Shown here piece by piece: positions 58,031-64,000 of a stretch of 64,000 nt of DNA. Each line of letters begins with the position of its first letter. Position 1 is the first letter of the stretch. The notes below the pieces were generated by a model, which did no database searches, was not told where the DNA came from, and saw nothing but the letters and a program-made list of their open reading frames with translations. The position numbers and the translations under genes were made by a program. Source of the stretch: Eledone cirrhosa (lineage: Eukaryota); assembly GCA_964016885.1 (NCBI GenBank), contig OZ024741.1, forward strand, positions 303,862,001-303,926,000. Direction: 5' to 3'.

Positions 58031-58394
58031 CATTGTGCGAAATGAACTGTAGTAGAAAATGATACTTAAATGTAGTATTTTTCGTTAAGTATTTTGTTAG
58101 ATATAAGTTGTGTTATGCGTGGAAGCATTAATAGGATGAAAAATGCTTTTGCGACTGATGTTGTCACAACTAGATTGAATAGTGGCTTATACTATGCAAA
58201 ATTTCTTTATGCCATAAATAGGTCTTACACCAAACCACTTCAAATTTAGATTCCAGCAACATATCCACACGTTTCATAACAGAAATATAAGCAGCGACAC
58301 TTCATTATCCAAATTCATACGGGAGTTAAAGGCCCCAATCTTTCAAGATTATTTTAAATAGAATATCCTTTGTCAAATTAAACACGAGCAACAA

Positions 58395-58680
58395 AAAATC
58401 TTGCAACTTTTTCTCTGTATTATCACTACAGGAAAAATCCTAGACATGTTCAAGAAAGCATTGATAGTTGTACTCTACAAAAAAGGTAGCAGACTTAATT
58501 GTGGGAACTATCGTCCTATCAGTTTACTGAGTCACGTTTACAAGCTTTTCGTGAGTATCATTGCAGCACGAGTGAAGTCAGAGCTTTACGCCTCATTTCC
58601 TGAAACACAAGCTGCGTATCAATCTGGAAGAGGCACCATTGAGTAGATCCTAGCTATTGAACAAATCATTGAGAACTCAA
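58395..58680 (+). mobile_element. LINE reverse transcriptase fragment
   Basis: KKALIVVLYKKG..CGNYRPISLLSHVYKLF..QAAYQSGRGTIE. Confidence 0.8.
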
Positions 58681-58883
58681 CAACCTTGTGCGCATCACCT
58701 TCAATATATATATATAGGTGATTATAGGCGAGTAGAAATGCAGTTATATGTATTATGTATAGTGTTAATAATTGCTAATTATTTCCGATTTTTTGCATAT
58801 GCATGTACTATTGTAACCGTATTGAAACGGACGTAGAAATTAAAGAATAGATTTAAGTTGTTAACCTTGGTCCTTTGTCAGTT

Positions 58884-58927
<44 letters not shown>

Positions 58928-59014
58928 TTACTCCAGTAAACTGTTGAGTACTCTAAATCAGTTATAAACATTTATATTTGTCGGACTTCCAACAAGTTAA
59001 ATACCCATTCTACT

Positions 59015-59126
<112 letters not shown>

Positions 59127-59233
59127 GACACGATATATGCAACTAATCTGTATATTATCTACTCCTTCATTTCCTTTGTAACAAATAAAGAAACGATGAA
59201 TATTATAATTGATAAGATTGTGAAAATAATTAG

Positions 59234-59304
<71 letters not shown>

Positions 59305-59338
59305 GAGGAGGAGGAGGAGGAGGAGAAATGATAATAAT

Positions 59339-61808
59339 CTCATTTATTGGCCACAAGGGCCGACATATAGGGGACAATACAAAAGACTAGGACAGTGGGG
59401 TTTTACAGAAAAATCGAGTAAACAATATGAATAACAATAACAAAGTAACAATAAAGTAACAAGAAAATTACAACAAGAAAAAATTCCCCAATAGGGGGGA
59501 TGACCACCTAGGGTTCGCTCAGGTACCCCACCAGTCCTGAACGACCCGACGCTTCGAGGGTGCCCTGGAAGGGCACCCCTCTCCTCTTCAAATTTAACTA
59601 CCTACAGCCGCATGACCAGAGTAGGCCCACTCACACGGGACATTCTCGCCACATTCACCCACCTTTCAGAAAATGTACTGGGGGGCAGCACTTCTCTCTC
59701 CACCCTCACCTTCCTTTCCAAGTAAAACTTGAAAAAGTTGTTGAGGGATTGGGCGAAGAGAAAAGTGTCTGTCTTCAGTCCTTTCAACCTCGTCCACCAT
59801 ACAACCTCTTTCGCTACTGCCACCAGACAGAGGAAAATTGCCTGCTCTTCCTGGCCAAAAGAAGGCGGCGGGTCGATCTTCACTATGGACTCGGCCGATA
59901 TCCGGATCCGTTCTACACGCGACAACAGCTGTTCAACATAACTCCACAAGTCAGTAATGCACGGACACTGGACGAGTACGTGCAGAACGGTTTCGTCGCT
60001 CTGCGCGCATCTCGGGCAGGTCCGTCTGACACCATTTCCGTGCCTGTAGAGTTTATCTCGAACCAGCAGTGCCCCCGGTAGCACTGCCAAGCGAGGGATT
60101 TTTGGAAATTATCCATCGTCCCCGGCTTGAAAGTCCTCCGGAACAGACTGGTTAGTTCGACTTCGTCGACTCCCAGAGCCTCTCCGAGTGCGTCGTCGCA
60201 CTTGCCCACCACTAATCCTCTATAGAACTCGAGAGTGGAAGTTCCACTGACCGCATTGCCCGCCTGGTAGAGGGCAGTGAGTGCTTGGGAACATTCCAGA
60301 TGCCAGTCACCCAGTCTCGATCTCTTCTTGACCCAGGACTGCAGCTAAGTCAAAGAAACGAGCTGCGAAAAAGCCCGTCTGACAAACGGCGGTCACACCT
60401 GTTCACCGTTTAGGCAGAATATCTGGAGATGCCGCAGCCTCAGCGCGTGTCTGCGCATCATTAGCCACGGCATGCCCAGCCCTCCACGTAGAAGGTGCTG
60501 GCAGCAGATGGACCGCCTCAACAAGCGGAACCTGACCCCTCCACAAGAATTTGAAGAGAAGCCGCTCCAAGATGGCGAGGCGCGAACGGGGGCAAGGGAC
60601 GACGGTCAGACGGTAGTAGATGACGGATGCGATGTACGCGTTCGCCACCTCCGCCCGACCTTTCAGTGATAGTTTCATCCCAGCCCATTTCTGGGTGAGA
60701 CTGGCTACCCTGCCCGTTACCTCATCCCAATTCTTATCCAACTGGAGGTCTGTCCCGAACCAAACCCCGAGCAACTTTACTGGTCCATCCGTCCAGCGCC
60801 TAACGACACTGTTGGACGGCATGGACTTGCCTCTCCAGGTGCCGAGTTGCAAGCCCACCGACTTTTCCGGGTTAAGTTTTGCTCCCGTCAACCTTTCATA
60901 TTCCTCCAATAAGTTGCCGACCACCTCGATTTCTGAGGTGTCCGACACCATCACGGTGATGTCGTCCGCATAAGCCGACACAGCCTTTCCGCGTCCCGGT
61001 TCGAGCGGGATGCCCTGCAACAGCTCCAGCTTCCGCAGTAAAGGCTCGAGAGTCAATACGTACAGAAGGGAGGAGAAAGAGGGCACCTTTCACGGACCAA
61101 TCGGGAGACCTGAAACGGTTCCGAGAGGTGGCCATTAATTTTGACCACCGAGCAGATGCCGCTGTGCATTGCAGCGATCCAGCTTCTGAAGACGGGGCCG
61201 AAGCCAGCTGCCTTGAGGACAGCCTCCAGGTACCGATGGTCGACCCTATCGAATGCTTTCGATTGATCTAAATTGATCAGAGCCCCACCGAAGCCAGGTT
61301 TACACCCTACCCTCTCTATGATGTATCGCATTAGGTGGAGGTTGTCGTGTATGGACCTGGTTGGGATTGCGCAAGTTTGCGCCTCCCCAACCAAATCCCC
61401 TACGACAAGCGCCAACATCTTCGCTAACACCCTGGCCAAAATCTTAAACGCTGTGTTGAGCAGAGTTATGGGCCTGAAATTGTCTAATGTGTCCCTCTTG
61501 TTCTCGTCTTTCCTTATCAGCGTCACTACGCACAGGCTCACAGAACTGGTAATACTCCCGTTCTGCTGCCAGTTGCAGTAGAGCGCTTCGAGGAGATTGG
61601 AGAACAAGTCTGGCATATTTACGTAAAGCTCGTAGGGCAGACCATCCAAACCGGGTGACTTGCGTCTCATGCAGCCAACAAGGGCATCCTGAATCTCGGC
61701 TGAAGTAATCGGCCTTTCGCAGCGCCCAGTGTTGGCCGTCGAGTGTTGCGGCAAGCCATCGAGGTAGGGACTGAAGTCCTCCACAGTCTCTGACCCGCCA
61801 CTAGGTGG
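59339..61808 (-). mobile_element. Tx1/L1-clade LINE, 5'-truncated ORF2 with 3' UTR and TSD
   Basis: KSPGLDG, NFRPITLLN, DQSKAFDRV, AYADD, CPRC..H...C; TSD AATGATAATAAT at 59327-59338 and 61809-61820. Confidence 0.93.
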
Positions 61809-62465
61809 AATGATAATAATAATAATCGTTTACATTTGAATACTTATAAATTAGAGGAGCAATGCCATGATGAAGTTATGACTAGTGTAGGGCTAGTAAA
61901 TGTTGTTGCTGGTTGTGAAGGAGCGTGGTTTAATGTTTAGAATGTTCAACTCACGATCGTAAGGTCGTGAGTTCGATTTGGCTCGTGTGAGTTGCCAATC
62001 TCTAAAACTCCAAACAGGGAATACCATGCAAAAAAGTGCTCCAAATGGGGAGAAATGAGACAAAATGGGGTGATTTTACATAATGAAAGCTATACCCATT
62101 TTTACAAGAGAAGACATCACTCACCCACCCAAGAGTGGGGGAAGAACTCCCCGTCGGACGGGGGGAGTTAACATGTCTGTTATTATGTGGTTCTCGCCGT
62201 AAATACTCGTGTGGACATTACAAACGTATGAGTATATTAACCACTAAGTGTTTGAGAAAACGTTCAAAGGTTAACGCATGTGTCTGTAGGTGCAACTGGC
62301 CGTACACGCTTTCGTGTACGAATGTGCAAACATGGCTCGTTGATTCAAGTAGCTGTGATTGTCTGTGTTGTTTGTGTTCAGACATATATCCATTTCAGTT
62401 AAATCAACCGGTGAAAAGATGCACGGATGGATGGTTGGTTGTGTAGGAGGAAAGTTGTTAGATAT

Positions 62466-62533
<68 letters not shown>

Positions 62534-62542
62534 GAAGGTAGG

Positions 62543-62588
<46 letters not shown>

Positions 62589-62589
62589 T

Positions 62590-64000
62590 ATTTCTTTATT
62601 AGCCACAGGGGCACAAAAGAAGGGGACAAATACAAAGGGGGAAGTTTACATACAATAAAAACGTGTAAAATGTTATCACAAATGGAATTTAAAAAGTTAG
62701 TCGATTTTCCCCAATACAGGGAGACAGTTTATATGGGTAACACATACCCCCGAAAAAAAATGTGCAACCCTCATCTCCAGGAGTACGAAGAGTTTGTACT
62801 CCTTTCCTCTCCTCCTTCTTTTCCTCAACCTACAGGCTGATATAGAGAGAAGGCCCATTCACTCGGGCCATTCTCGCCACTTTCACCCACCTTTCATAAA
62901 ACTTGCTGGGGTACAGCACCTCTCTCTCCATCCTGATTCTTCTTCCAAAGTGGTATTTGAAAAAAAGAATCAGTTGTTGGCCGGAGAGAAAGGTGTCTGA
63001 CCTCAGCCCTTTCAACCTTGTCCACCATACAACCTCTTTCGCCATAGCTATCACACAAAGGAAAACCGCCACTCCTTCGTTTTTGAAGGAGGGTGGCGGT
63101 TTGATCATGACAATGGACTCAGTGGTCAACTGGATTGGTCCCACCCGCGACAATAGTCGTTCTACATAGCCCCACAGGTCAGTGACGCCCGGGCAGTGTA
63201 TGAATGCGTGCGCGACGGTTTCTTCGTCTCGCACGCACCTCGGACAGATCTTTTTTGCAGGGTCCCTGCCCGGGCGCCCATGTCTGTAGAGCTTGTCTCG
63301 AACTGGTAGAGCTCCTCGGTAGCACTGCCAGGCCAGGGACTTTTGGAAGTTGTCCATCGGTCCCGGGTGGAAGGTCCTACCGAACAGACTGGCCAGTTCA
63401 TCTTCCTCTACGCCTAGAGTTTCACCGAGCGCGTCGTCGCACTTGCTGCGGACCAACCCTCTATAGAATGACGAAGTGGAGTCTCCACTGATCGCCGGGT
63501 CCGCCTGCCAGAGGGTTGTGAGCGCCTGAACACATTCGATGTGTCAGTCGCCCATTTTCCTCGGTCTTTGCTTGACCCAGGACTGCAGCTTGGTCAGCGA
63601 GACGAGTCGTGGGAAGGCTCGCCTCCCGAACGGGGCCCACACCGGTTGTCCGGTGAGGAATACGTAGAGATGCCGCAGCCTGAGCGCGTGTTTGCGCATC
63701 GTCAACCACGGCATCCCCAGCCCTCCGTTAGAAGGGTGTTGGCAGCAGATGGATCTTCTCACCAAAGGAGCCCGCCACTTCCAAAGGAATTGGAAGAGCG
63801 CGCGCTCCATTCTGGCGAGCGTTTTGGCTGGACAAGGCACGACGGTCAAGCGGTAGTAGATGGTGGAGGCTATAAAAGTGTTCGCCACCTCCGCTCGACC
63901 TTTCAAGGATAGTTTGCACTCGGCCCACTTCTGGGTGAATGCAAACACCTTGGCCGTCACTTCGTTCCAGTTCTTCTCCACCTGGAGGTCCGGACCAAAC
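62590..64000 (-). mobile_element. Tx1/L1-clade LINE (same family as 2890-3915); 3' end abuts (GATA)n; runs off the window
   Basis: ORFs 63544-63981 and 62830-63456; AATAAA then (TATC)n on the minus strand. Confidence 0.93.

Overview
This is a eukaryotic, AT-rich, microsatellite-saturated non-coding window with a 200-N gap at 6121-6320. It is most likely an octopod cephalopod, inferred from the SINE families and repeat landscape. No host protein-coding gene can be supported; most ORF-track entries are translations of simple repeats. The real coding remnants are decayed transposons: four Tx1/L1-clade LINE fragments, a Penelope-like (GIY-YIG) element, a near full-length R4/Dong-clade RLE LINE in (CATA)n, RTE-clade fragments (one 5'-inverted), a CRE-clade fragment, two inverted copies of an internally deleted Chapaev3-type DNA transposon, and a hATm-like remnant. 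There are also many tRNA-derived SINEs and several MITEs. The most notable signal is a swarm of unrelated short non-coding elements in (TA)n/(TTA)n tracts. They occur as partial tandem or fold-back copies, and many carry type I hammerhead ribozyme folds (about 173, 323, 8749/9452, 11467, 42261, 43514, 56671). They look like retrozyme-like or Penelope pseudo-LTR-derived non-autonomous elements. All structures were paired by eye; no database searches were run.
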